Source: Eutreptiella sp. 'Long Island Sound 2002'
Taxonomy: Eukaryota; Protista; Euglenida
Length of the DNA: 64,000 bases
Assembly (NCBI GenBank): GCA_964036045.1
Contig: OZ038378.1
Span: 3,968,001-4,032,000 of the forward strand
Reading direction: 5' to 3'
Of this stretch, positions 35,043 through 47,907 are shown piece by piece (positions within the stretch are counted from its first letter, which is position 1; each line of letters starts with the position of its first letter). Made by a program: the position numbers and the translations under genes. Below the pieces are notes generated by a model, which was not told the origin of the DNA, made no database searches, and saw only the letters and a list, made by a program, of their open reading frames with translations.

Positions 35043-38000
35043 GGTGGGGATGATGGCTCCGTCAATGCCGCCAAGGAATTGTGGGGCATAGGCTGTCTCA
35101 CTGTCCCCAGTGTCATCGTTGTAATCTAATGTCAAGCCACTAAAGGTCACACGGTGTCGTCAATGTATTCCAGAGTCAAAACGCTCACAGAGTCATTGGT
35201 GTCGTCGCTGCATTCAAATGTCAAACCACTGGCAGTGTCTCCCGTGTCATCGTTGTACTCTAATGTGAAGACCCTGCTGGACTCGCCAGGGTTGCCAGCA
35301 TCCTCGCTAAACTCAAATGTGAAGACGCTATCGCCTTATTCAGAGGAGGAGCGGCCGGCGAGAAGGCTGAGACATGATGGGGCGATCGGGGAAGCAACAA
35401 CGGAAAAGTCAATGTCAACAAACATACCATCTTTGGAGAATGGGACACCAACTGCAGGACGGATTGCCAAAAAAGACAAATCGTATAGGGGATAGTTGTG
35501 TCCTGGTTGCTGAAGTGCCACTGGGGAGTGCTGACCTTTCGGTCATTGTTTCCCGAAGGATGGCTACCCACTTTCGCCCCAGGCGTTCGAGAGGAACGAG
35601 GTCCGCAACACAGTGCCATACCAAGAGAAGTTTCCAGAGCCCCGCAGAGTGACGGAGTACTATGCGGCGGCAGGTGACTCTGATTTGTCTGCCAAGACTT
35701 TCTTGAGCGTCAATTGGCTCCTGAACTGGGATCGGGTATTGTCTTGCTCAGCTGTGCTCATCCCCGCGGCAGCTCTTAAGTCCAGAGCAAAGTTTACAGC
35801 CCTCTACCCCTCATGGCCTTTTTCTATCCTCAGACCAACAGCCCTCTGCAAACCTTTTGAGTTGTGATGCATTTGCTGCCTAACCCAATGTGTCGGGGGT
35901 CCTGCAAGTGTGGACTAGGGTTGCAGAGGGGGTGGAAACGGTCTGGGGATTGGTTGCACGGTGCATGTGGCGCGGGGAGAACCCAATTTTGGGTCCTGTT
36001 GGCACATTTTCCCACATTTTGCAGTCGATGCTTGTGGTATGTGATTTGCACGAGGACTTCCACAGGTGGCCACACTGTCAGCAGCAGATTTGTGGGGTGT
36101 TTGTTGGCTTTCGCGCTACACGGCCACCATGCACCCGCTCCCCGCATAGAGCGTTCTAAGCATTGGAGGTCTGTGCCAAGTATCTGTTCACATGAGCACT
36201 ACACACTCCAAACTAATGTCAGATTGATGCCGTTGAAGACTTAGCCCTGGGGCTGCTGAACGACATGATCATGGGCAGCAACGCGGCCCCTCTGCGGCGT
36301 GCTTTGAACGAGTCTGGTCTCGGAGCCTCTGTGATCGGGGGAGGATTGGATACTTCGCTTTTGCAAGCAACGTACAGTGTGGGGATGAAGAATGTCAAGG
36401 ATGAGGATGTGCCAAAGCTGGAGTCTCTGATCACGGATACGCTGAACAAGATTGCAGAGGACGGTACTGTCATGCTCACCCGTTGCGTCTCAATTGTGTA
36501 GAGTGGTGTCATTCGCATCCTGCCCCGCAATAATCGCCACTCCAGCCCACCAGGAGGGCGAACAATGATACATCACTACCCCATGACAGATGGTGCTGTG
36601 CACTACACTTTGCCGCAAGATTGAGTGATGGCACTGTGCTCTCCTGACTATGTCAACGATTGGTCGGATTTGGGTGTGCCACTCAGACTTCCAATGGTGC
36701 TGTGCTGTCGATGTGAGTCATGCTGTTTCGAGGTCTTTGGATCGTTGTTTTTTTCTCTCAGATGCGGGTATCCCCAGCGGTAATCCACTGTAATTAAAGG
36801 ATTGCAGGGTGGTTCGCGACCCAACAAAAATGGCGATTGTGTTAGTTTTTGACCTTTGTTGGACGCGCAATCCCTCATGTTGTTGCAGGCTGGTATGTTG
36901 GAGGTGCTCTTCATGAATTCTTCAGCACAAAACCGAGTTATATCGTGCCAGTCATGCATATGAATTTTACGTCCAAACTTCCACCCACCCCCAACCACCC
37001 CACGCCTTGACCTCGTACCTCATCGTGCTCCCTAAATGACGTCGGAGCTGTCCCCAAGTTAACCACCTCAATTCAATCTTGGCTGCAGATTCTGGCTGCA
37101 GATTGTGGCTGCAGATTGTGGCTGCAGATTGTGGCTGTAGATTGGCTGCAGATGGTGGCTGTGGGTTGTGGCAGCGGATTCTGGCTGTAGACCGTGGCGG
37201 TCAGGGACTGGGCTTTTCAACCATCCGGGCCCTGCGCCTCAACACAATTCCCTGGTTGTCATCCAAGCACAAGGCACGTCAACTCGAAACTCTTGCGTCT
37301 GAGCGCATTGAATTTGGCCCGGCTGTGTAGCCCCCCCCCTCCCAAGCGGGTTCTGCGGTGGTCATCAGAAGACAAAGCGGGAAAATACCCCATCAAAGGA
37401 GCAGGATTACGAATTGCCTAGAAGAAACAAAAAAAAATCGTCAACATAGTCACATTGGTAAATTTCAGGGTGCTGCGGCATGCTGCGGCATTCTTCAAAC
37501 CCCGACTGACAGTTCCAAAGATCTGGTGCTGGAGCACGCTGCAAGGATGCGGCAGGCTTTAACGATGCGGTTTACAGACCGACAAGGGCATCCCCCCACA
37601 ACTCGGGCCTTGACGTTCCAAAACACCTGCGTGCCTCAAGCAAATGAGGATGGCAGACAGCTTCCAATTGAAGGTGTATCCAGGAATGTTCGTATCCAGG
37701 AATGTGCCACCACAAACTAAAACGAGGGGCTGTTCAGCCTGTACACTGATGTTCGGGGGGGGGGGGGAGGGGGGCTCTCTAGATTTGTATGACGAAAAAT
37801 CTATTATAAATCCCTGTACAAAGTAGAGTGAGCACACCGGAGACAGATTTTCTGACTCCAAACATCTCTGTGAGTCAAGGCGGTGGGTGGCGTTGGTTCC
37901 CATACGCATGTCTGACAAGAGGGAGGGAGAGGTGCGTGCTTGACAAGAGGGGGGGAGAGGTGCGTGTTTGGGGCACAGACTCTCTGTTGCCCCTGTCCTT

Positions 38001-41000
38001 TTTCTCAGGCTTCTCCAAAGAACAGATCGAGGCATCCATCAACTCCACCGAGTTTGCGATGCGTGAGCTGAACACCGGTGGCTTCCCCAAGGGGATCATG
38101 ATCATGCTGGGTGCCCTGCAGCAGTGGCTCCATGACCGGGACCCCATCGAGCCCCTGAAGTTTGAGCAGCCTCTGGCCACCCTCAAGGAGCGGCTGGCAG
38201 CGGGGGAGGACGTATGCCATGCGCCCTGACACAGACTTTGCACAGAGGGAATTCTGCAAGGCGTGGGCGACAATGGCGACAGGGTTTCGGGACTCAAGCC
38301 TCGTCCAATTCGCTGTATGCAGCGAGGGGTGGTCCCAATTACCTGCTCACTTGCGTGCTTGCGGCTGCTCCTTGGTAGAGGGCCATGTTGTGACGTGAAA
38401 CTGCATCACATGGGCGGTGTAGATCTTGGCTTTTCATGTCCTGCAAACGACATGTCAGGGGCCCATTTCGTTTATTTCGGCGCTGCTGCAGTGCAAAGTG
38501 TGCTGCTTTCTCAGCTTGAACTTTCAGAACGGCGTTGCATCAGTGTTCGGATTTGTTTCGTTTGCACTGTGAATGCTGTAGCCCATGGCCAATCTGGAGT
38601 ACCAAAAGTGTGCAGTCAGCATTTGATGCCCGCATACCATTTTATTTCCCATCATCTTCAGCTTGCTCAAAGGCACGTGGAGTGGAATTGCTACTGCTGA
38701 GCCCCGCTTTGTTCAGGAACTACCCATATTTTTGCGAGTGCCCACATGCCCATTCCAATCCCATCAGAGTGTCCCGATCCCACCGGTTTTCTGCATCTCT
38801 GCGGTATTTGGACGTTCTGTTGCTTTGCCTTCTTGGGCCTGGATCTATTTGATCATTGTTGTTGCTTCCCATGCATCATCAGGTGTTTGTGCCTCTGCTC
38901 AAGAAGTATTTGCTTGATAACACTCATCGTGTCACCGTCGAAGTGCGACCTGACCCCGAACTGGGTATGTCTTCTGCGACATGCAGTTCCAAAAAGTGGG
39001 CAGATAAGTCGGGAATTTTGTGCCATGCTGCTTTGGATCCACCTGTGATGCAGACTTCCGTCATCATTTATCGTCAACCTCCCAAATGGAAAGTGAGGAA
39101 AAAGCAAAAGAACTGGCAAGGAACACGAGGAAGATATGAGTGGCATGCCGTAACGTTGTGGTTGAGGCAGAAGTATCATCATGCAGTGCAGGCACCGTTA
39201 TCAATGCTTTGATGACGGTGCCTGGTGGCATGATTCGGTCGACGTGGTAGTGAGGGGTGGCGATGAGGAGCACTGAGGTTTGGGGTGGGGCAGAGACGGG
39301 GCAAGGCGCTGGGCTGAGAGTTGACCTTTGACGTCGGACGTCGGGCGGTTTTGGTAAACCAGGCACAAGGGGAAGGGGGCATGGGAAGGCTCTCGGTCCA
39401 CAACAGCCCCTCCTGCACCCACAATATCATCATGATACTCCCTGCTGTAGAAGAGGATGCCCTCAAACCCCGACCTCACATTCCCGCCCCCCCCCCCCCC
39501 CCCTCCCTCTCCCCTCCACTGGTGCCCCCGCTGCTTTACCTTGTCAAACACTATTGAGTCCCTTTTGGATGCTTGTGGTGCACCAGTGAGCGCTCAAAGG
39601 ACCTGATTGCCCAATTCGATGCGAAAAAGGGATTCAAATCCTTGTGCTCCCAACCCCCTGTCAGGCAATCGCCGGGGGCACTGCATTTTCTGCCTGTACC
39701 AGCCTTCATCCCGGGGGGGGGGGGGGTGTGTGGTGTGTGGACAGCAAAAACAGTCAAACGACCCCGGCAACAACCAGCACATCCTCAATACGCCAATTAT
39801 TGGGCGCCGCTGACACGCAAACGGCACACCATGCCACATCCAGCACAGCCCCAACACGCCAACTACTGGGCTCCGCGAACGCGGAAACGACACCAGCAAG
39901 AGCACCGGCCGCGGCGGCCGACAGAAAGCAGCAACCCGACGCAACATGCGAAGGGAAGAACGGGTGACTGTCCAGGGCCCCGTAAAGGAGCAACAACCAG
40001 ACGGAATGTCACACAGGGGGGGCAACTCTGCGGGTCCTAGCACACAGCCCCCCCCCCCCCCCCCCGGCAGGTGGCCTCCAGCCAACAGTTAGCCAAAGGT
40101 ACCGCCCTCAGGAGTCCATGGGTGCCAAAGGCGCCCACAGGAAATTTTTGTCCACTTTGCACCCCAGCACTTTCCTTAACCCCAACACTGACCCTAACAC
40201 CCACCCCAACCCTTAGCCTAGTCCTACCCTAACCTACCCCTCATGCTAATCAAGAATGAATATTGGGACCGAGATGGTGGGGGAAGGAACATCAGGTACA
40301 CTGGTAAAAGGGGCCGAATAAGGACGCATGTTGAGGGACACCAAGAACAATGTAGGCCACTGCCCCCCCCCCCCCCCATACGCCCCCCCCCGGAACCCTT
40401 CTTGGCACGTCTTGCTCGCCCGAGAGACATGCCCCCCACCCCCCCAACACTTCCCCGCACCCCTCCCCTGTGCAGCCCCCCCCCCAAACCCTTCCTCGCT
40501 TGCTTGAGAGACAAGCTCCCCGGTATTCCCCCCGACCCTGTGTAATTGCACCGTCCGCTAATATGGCTCAAAGATGGCTCCAAGTAGCCTTAAATCACTT
40601 GTTTGAGCACCCCAAGTGGTCTAGGAACAACTTTGGAAAAAAACATTTTTTACCACTTTTGGACCCACGTGTGGCCCCCGAAACCCTACCCTAGCACGTG
40701 TGCTCCGTGGTGCCAATGAGGCATTGAAGGGTGTTGACAGCATGGGAATACCTTGCAAGTGATCCCCTTCATCACGATTTGTCACCACCAGGGTGCCCAA
40801 TGCAATCCATGGCGTCAAACACAACACAGGAAGGTGGGACTTGTAAAGTACTATTTAGGGCCCAAAAAGAGGTTGTTGAGCCCAATATTTGGGGGCAAAA
40901 CCCACTCGACAGTGATCAAAGGTGTTTGTTTGTCATCCAGGTTGGTTCCAATGCAAATGGCCCCTTCCAAGGACAGACAGCCCCTGACGCCATGGATTGT

Positions 41001-44000
41001 GTTGAGTTGTGTGTTGGGTTGGATTGTGTTTGTGTTGACAAATCATAATGCCCTATTGGCACCAGACACGTGCCCACTTCACGTGCTGGGCTCATGTGTG
41101 GGTCCAAAAGTGGTAAAAAATGTTTTTTTTCCAAAGTTGCCCCTAGACCACTTGGGGTGCTCAAACAAGTGGTTTAAGGCTATTTGGAGCCATCTTTGAG
41201 CCATGTTAACCCATGCAAGTTGCCAAAAAGCCTTGAAAGGGGCAAGATTAGGACCCAGGGGGGATGCAGGGGGGACTTGTCTCTCCAGCGAGGAAGGGTT
41301 TGGCGGAGGGGTAAGCGGGGGGCTGGGAAGGTGCTGGCAGGAGTGCTGGGGGACATGTCTCTCTAGCGAGCAAAGCGAGCGGGGAAGGGTTCCAGGGGAG
41401 AGGGGCAGTGGCCTAAATCGTTCTGCGTGTCCCTCATCATGCGTTCTTATTCGGCCCCTTTTACTACTGTACCTGATGTTTCCATCCCTCACCATCTCGA
41501 TATTCAGGCTTGATTTATGGTAATTGTATGGTTAGAGGGAGGTTAGGGGAGCCTGTGATTAACCAACACTTGTGGTTGGGGGCATGTAGCCCCACCCCCC
41601 CAAATGTCCCTCCTGGACCTCCTCCCAATTGCCCCTGCGGACCCCCTCCCCCTCCTACGGGGCCTCCGGCCAACAGTTAATGGGGGGTAATCCGCATCCA
41701 AACCCGAGGGGTTGGCACTCCCGTGCCTTCATCATAACTTCGGACACAAAGCTACGACACTGTGTCGGTTGATCGACATCTCCTGGGATGCAGATGGAGG
41801 TAGTCCTGCAAAACCACTGTGTGGTGCAGAGAGGGGGCCGAACAATGGCCCAATTGGTGGAGCCCCGATCTCAGGGGTGAGGTGCTCAAAGGGAATTCGG
41901 AGTTGAGCCTCTCGGGTGCCCATTCCAGGTTTCTGTGCACCTGCAAACAGTTGTTAAGGCATGCGGGTTACTAGCCATGCCTTATGAGACACGCCCCGGC
42001 GATGCTATCCACCTCACATGCTGCGCGTGCAGCTCATCAGTAGGGAAAAGGCTACGGTGCAGGACCGGGATACCAAAGCTATGAGCATGGCGATTTTCAC
42101 AACGAGTCATATATCCCCTCCCCTTGTTTCCCCCACCCTGGGCACCCTCCGCTTCGACTGTTTCAGGCGGAAAGATTGAGTCCGAAGAAGCAGCACGTCT
42201 GGCAGCAATCAAAAAGGCCATGACCCCTGAGGAAATCGAGTCGGTGTGTATGCCATGGCGACCACGTGCAGTTGAATCTTCGTAAACATATTCCACTTGT
42301 TTTTTCTAATTTGGGCCCACAGCACAAAAAAAAAACTGGGTTTACGACAGACAGTATTGTGTTGTGCTGTGCTGTGCTGTGCTGTGCTGTGCTGTGCTGT
42401 GCTGTGCTGTGCTGTGCTGTGCTGTGCTGTGCTGTGTTGTGTTGTGTTGTGTTGTGTTGTGTTGTGTTGTGTTGTGTTGTGTTGTGTTGTGTTGTGTTGT
42501 GCCGAAGGCGCTGTTACCAAAGGGCAAAAGGCCGGGATGTCTACCCACGGGTACAGGTAAACGGGCTGGGCTGTGTGTGTTGTGTGCGCGCCGTGCGTAA
42601 GTGTGTAGGCCTCGGCAGGGGAAGGGGGAGTCGGGGAGACCTGGTGAGTTCGCCCCTGGCGACCGCGCTTATTCCAGGAGCTCCCGCTGCACCCCTTCCC
42701 TTTCTGCTTGCTGGTGCAGGCGCAGCTCCTGCAACGCCCACGCCATCGTGCTGCCCGGGCCCAGGCGGGCCTTCAGCAGTGTGGCACGCGCCTTGGCGTG
42801 GGCGTACCAGATCCGTATGGACTCCTCCACGACGTGGCGGAGGAACTCCGTGCCCAGCGAGTGGGGCCCCGTACACTCCAGGTGGGCCAGCTGCATGGAG
42901 GGGGTCCGCAGGGCCGCCGCCCACTGCTCCAGCACAGTCGGTTCCCACAGCTGGTGACGCACTGGGGCCGCCCGTGGCCCCACCTTCTGGTCAAGCCACG
43001 CTGCGAGGCGCCGGCGGGCTGGCCCCCACTCGTGCGATTGAGCCGAGCAGGCCCACAGGTGGGGCGCCGTCTCGGGCTGTGTTCCGCACAGGAGGCACGT
43101 TGTATCCAGCACCGTGCCCCGGTGGGAGGAACGGTGGGCCAGGACGGTCATGGTCGGGACGTTGTCCATGCGATGCGCTGTGATGTGGCGCTGCTGGTCG
43201 TGGTCGAACCAGTCCAGGGGGAGGCCCCCCCCTGGCATGAAATTTACCCCCCAGCGGGCCTCGTAGATGGCCTGCGCCGGTATGGAGGCCCGGCCCTGCA
43301 ACCAGTCACTCAGCGCCGTCGGGGAGAGCTGGCACTGGTCGCGGAAGGGCACTGGGGGGATAAATGAGTAGGGGCGCCTGAGGAGCCACGTGAGGTCTAC
43401 CTCCGGCGGCTCCCGCGTCGCTGCGTCCACACGGACGTTGAGGTCCGTGATCCAGTGCGACGGTGTGGTCACCACATTGATGGCAGACCTCGGGGAGAGG
43501 CGCTGCCCCCCCAGGACAGTGGCGTAGAGGTGGTGGATGCCATCTCCGCAGTGCCCTCCTTCCTGGTACGTGCGGAGGGCCCCCACTGCTGCCTCCGAGT
43601 CCGGCACCAGCCAGTAAACCCCCTGCTGTGTCGCCAGCCGGCGGGCATACGAGAGGAGGGCCATCGCCTCCCCCTCCTGGGAGGTGCCCACTCCTGAGGC
43701 CACCTGGGCCTGATACTCCCCAGGCCCGCTCTGGACGACCCCGGCCATGGCCATACCCGCCTGCGTGGCCCCTGCATCCACCGCCACGACACTGCCTCGG
43801 AGGGTCGCCAGCGCAGGCAGGTCATGGAACCAGACGCCTGGGCGAGTCTCAGGGGCCAACACTCGCGGGGGGTCGGTCGCCCGGCCGTGGGGCGCCAGGA
43901 GGGCCATGTCCCCATGGTGCTCCCTGAGGTGGGTGCGCAGGGCCTGGTGTAGCTCTGCTGGCACTGTCCCCACCGTATCGAGGGAGTAATAGAGGGGTCC

Positions 44001-47000
44001 CTTGTGCGGGTGCCCCGGGCATTTGTGCGCCATGCACTCCGCTGGATATTGGAAGCGCGCCACCGCCGCCGGGGCTATGGCGATCCACGGAAACGGCGGC
44101 AGCGTCGAGGTGATCGTCACGAGAGGGGCCTGCGATGTGCTGGCCCAGCTCCAGTAGGCGGCAGTCGGGGGGGCTGTCGTCCACACGACGGTGGGCGCCC
44201 TGACCCCAGTGCGCTGGAGCTGGGCCAGGGACTCCTGCCGGCGGTCGCCCCACAGCTGGGCGTGCAGTGGCGCATCCACCTGCACTTGGATATCCAGGAG
44301 GGCCACCAGGAGGCGGTGGAGCCTGGTGTCGCTGGGCAGGGTGCCCGGGGGCTGCTGGCACACCCGGGGTTCTGACGCCCAGCCCGCGGTCTCCATGGTG
44401 TCCTGCAGGGCCGTGGTCATCCGGAGGGGCTGTCCCCTATGGTATATCGTCTCCATTCGGGTGGCTTTGGCCGCCCGGCCCCCCACGATGACTTCCGCCT
44501 GATAGGTGGGCACGGCCCTCGGGATCCAGTCCTTGGGCGCCGCCTGCCATCGCGGCGTGGGTTCCCTCAGGAGCGGGACCAGTACCGCAGCGTGGCGGGC
44601 CAGCCACGCCCGTAGCCCCGGGATCCCCTTGCGGGCTGGCGCCCGTCTCTTCAGGGCCCGCTCCGGCAGCACCTGGTGATTCTCTGTGTAGAGGTCGCCG
44701 AGGTGATGGTAGCCCAGGGCCTGTACCGTTTCGTACACCGTCGAGGGGACGACCACCTGCGCGACGGCGCCATACAGAGTTGTGTACACCTCCACCCGGG
44801 GGGCAGGGGCCGCCGCCGCCGCCGATCGCGGCCCACCGGGACCTCGGACCAGGATGGGGGTGGTCCCTGAGCACTGGCCCGGCATCCACATGGGCATGGC
44901 CACCTCATCCACGACCCGCTGCAGCGTGGCTATGAGGTGGGGGCACTTGGGGTGATGCGTGTACTGCCCCGGGGTAAGCACCGCCGGGCAGCCCCCTCTG
45001 AGCGCCTGGTGCGTTTGCAGGTAGTAGGCCTGGGAGTCCCGGAACTCCTGCTTGGCCCAGGCCCCCTGCCGAACCCACTCTCGAACCACCGCCGCCTGCC
45101 ACGAGTGCTCTGACCGAGTGAGACCCTGGCACCCATGCTCCCAGGGTCCCCAGAGCGCGTCGGTATGAGCGTGGCGGGAGATGCCCGTCACGTGCTTGTA
45201 TGCTCGCACCATGAGAGCATTGTTTGCCGCGTGTACCTTGGCCGTGGGGCGGTATACGCTGGCCAGGGGGAGCAGCTTGCTCGGGAGCTTGGCCATGAGC
45301 ACCATCATGGCCGCGTCCGGGGAGAGCCGCTGGGGGCGGAGCTGTGTCCAGAGCTCCGCCCTGACCTCCGGCAGGTTGCGGGGGGCCGTAGGCGCCCCCT
45401 GGAGGTAAATGTCGGTTCCCATATATCGGAGGACCCCGGAGGGCTGTATCTCCGGGGCCCCTGCCAGTGCCTCCCGCCGCTGGTCCGGGGTACTCGTCAC
45501 CCACGCGCGGCCTAGGTGGCGGGCCACGGCTGCTGGCGTAGGCGACCGTAGGGGCCGTGGGTCTGACGTGGAGCCGTGCTGGATCTTGCGGTCAGGGACG
45601 TCCACCCGCAGGATTCCCTGGTAGTATACCCGCTGATCCAATAGGACCCCCTATATGGGGTGGGAATCGCCCCGCTCCAAGAGGACGATCGTGTCGTCCA
45701 CCCACATGAGTCCCGGGAAGCGGAAGGGCTCTACCGCCGAGGACCGGTATGCGATGTCCATGTATCGCAAGAAGGGGAGCGCCGCCGTCGCCCCCGCATG
45801 GACCCCCTGGACGGTACCCTGGGGCGTACCCAGGAGTTGCGTCAGGGTGTGGGACTGCCAGGGGCCCAAGGGCAGGGTGTAGGAGAAACCCTCGGTATGG
45901 GTGGCGAGGTGGTCGGCCTCTCCCAGGCCCACCCGGGCTCCCACTATAGGGTGAATGTCCTGCGCGATCACGTCGAAGAATTTTGCGAGATCCGTGATCA
46001 GGTGTGTTGTGTTGTGTTGTGTTGTGTTGTGTTGTGTTGTGTTGTGTTGTGTTGTGTTGTGTTGTGTTGTGTTGTGTTGTGTTGTGTTGTGTTGTGTTGT
46101 GTTGTGTTGTGTTTTGCTGTGTTGTGTTGTGTTGTGTTGTGTTGTGTTGTGTTGTGTTGTGTTGTGTTGTGTTGTGTTGTGTTGTGTTGTGTTGTGTTGT
46201 GTTGTGTTGTGTTGTGTTGTGTTGTGTTGTGTTGGGTTCTGATGGGTTGTGTTGAGTTGGGTCAAAACTGGGCCGGGACAGCTTGGGTCGTGTCGTTTCA
46301 TTTGGTGTGGTGCGGTGTGGCACCGCACCATGCCGGGTCAGGCGCCGCATTGCCTTGTGTTGCGTCGTGTTGTGTCATGTCATGCTCTGTCGTGTTATGC
46401 TGTGTTTTCATTTGCATCCCGAAAAACAATCAGCCACACGGCTACTCACGTGGCCACCAGGACTGAAGGCGTATAACAGGCAGATGATAGGAATGTAAAT
46501 TCAAGTGGAACCTTGGGAGAGGATGCGCGACTGGAGTCGTCAAGTTGGTGCTGTTGCCACAAGGGGTGGCAACCCTCTCCGGCAACCATACTGCACAGTC
46601 TGCACGCCCACTTGGGTTGCAACAATTTAAAGCTGCATTTTGAATTTTTTTTGTACTCCACTCCACCACATCACACCACGCCACACCACACCACACCACA
46701 CGTGGGGCCACAAGGGTCGCAAGTGCAAAACCAATATGTCAAAGTTCCATCCCCTGAGACCTGCTTTGATACTCATTGGCCTCGATAATGTGGGGCACAA
46801 GTACGCGCGTCGCAGCAGTCACGCTGCAGCAGTAGTCCCCGCGGCAGTAAAGGGTGCACCGACGAAAAAAGAAAGGTAAAGTGGACCAGAACTGTAGCGA
46901 GCACGACAAAGGGAAGGACAGGTGAGATATGATGGCAGCAAGTGGCAGCAAGGAGCCAGTGTGCGACAAATGCAGATGCCGATGAGCTTCATGTCCCTCC

Positions 47001-47797
47001 ACAGCCATTGGCAGCCCTCAAGAATCCTTGACACCGCGCAGAATCTTCTGCAATCTTCCACAGAGCGCACAACGCTCGCCCACACCAGTGTGCTCCTTGT
47101 TGTAGCGTCGTGATCCGTCTTATACGAGCACAGTGGCCTTGTCCCATCATCCGTTCTGCTGGTGCGTAGGTGATTGAGACGAAGAAGAAGCTGCAGACGG
47201 CACAGGAAACCCCTGATGACCCAGAGGCATTGAAATGCGTGCCGACTCTGAAGGTGTCCGATATTGCCAAGGAAAACAAGACAATCCCCACGGTGGAGTC
47301 CAAGATTCAGGTCTGGCGTGCATCTCCATTCCCTGTCCGCTTACTGCAAGTTGGGCGGCCCGATGCTATCGCCGGCCAAAACGTGAGCGAAGGGGTTGTA
47401 ACATGGCCATTTCTGGCTTCCAAGGGCATTCTGCTTTGTTCTGGAATGTGTGGGCTCAACATTCTGGTCTGGAAGGCAACTGACCTATGTCCACTCTGTG
47501 CAATGTGTGCATGCCGCTTTTGCGTGCATGCCCGTGCGCGCCTGTGCATTACAGGACCCCTCAGGTCTTTTATCTGTAAGCTACGTGCAGAAGGAGCCCC
47601 AGTGTGCAGTGGAGCGCATTCCCCCAGTTGCACGCCCTAAAGGTCTTGCTGGCCTCTCGTGTGTTCACAGGAATCCACACTCCTGTACCATGACATTTTC
47701 ACCAACAACATCTTGTACTTGGATATGGCGTTTGATTTGCACACATTGCCTCAGGTGTGTGCGTGCAGTGCCTCTTGTTGTTGTTGTTGTTGTTGTT

Positions 47798-47854
<57 letters not shown>

Positions 47855-47856
47855 GC

Positions 47857-47907
<51 letters not shown>

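Noticed and set aside
34669-35129. ORFs with HTHT/CVCV, CCVVL, TQHNT, poly-Q/N/T/C or poly-P/E runs (also 26226-26636, 42209-42600, 45592-46466, 47659-48114)
   Set aside because: They are translations of microsatellites, not genes.
42266-45624. Many overlapping plus-strand and off-frame ORFs across the LINE
   Set aside because: Shadow ORFs caused by high GC content; only the minus-strand RT/RNase H frame has recognisable motifs.
45642-45653. Programmed readthrough of TAG-GGG in the LINE
   Set aside because: The stop lies inside the RT domain just after WVDD; a CAG-to-TAG nonsense mutation is the simpler explanation.
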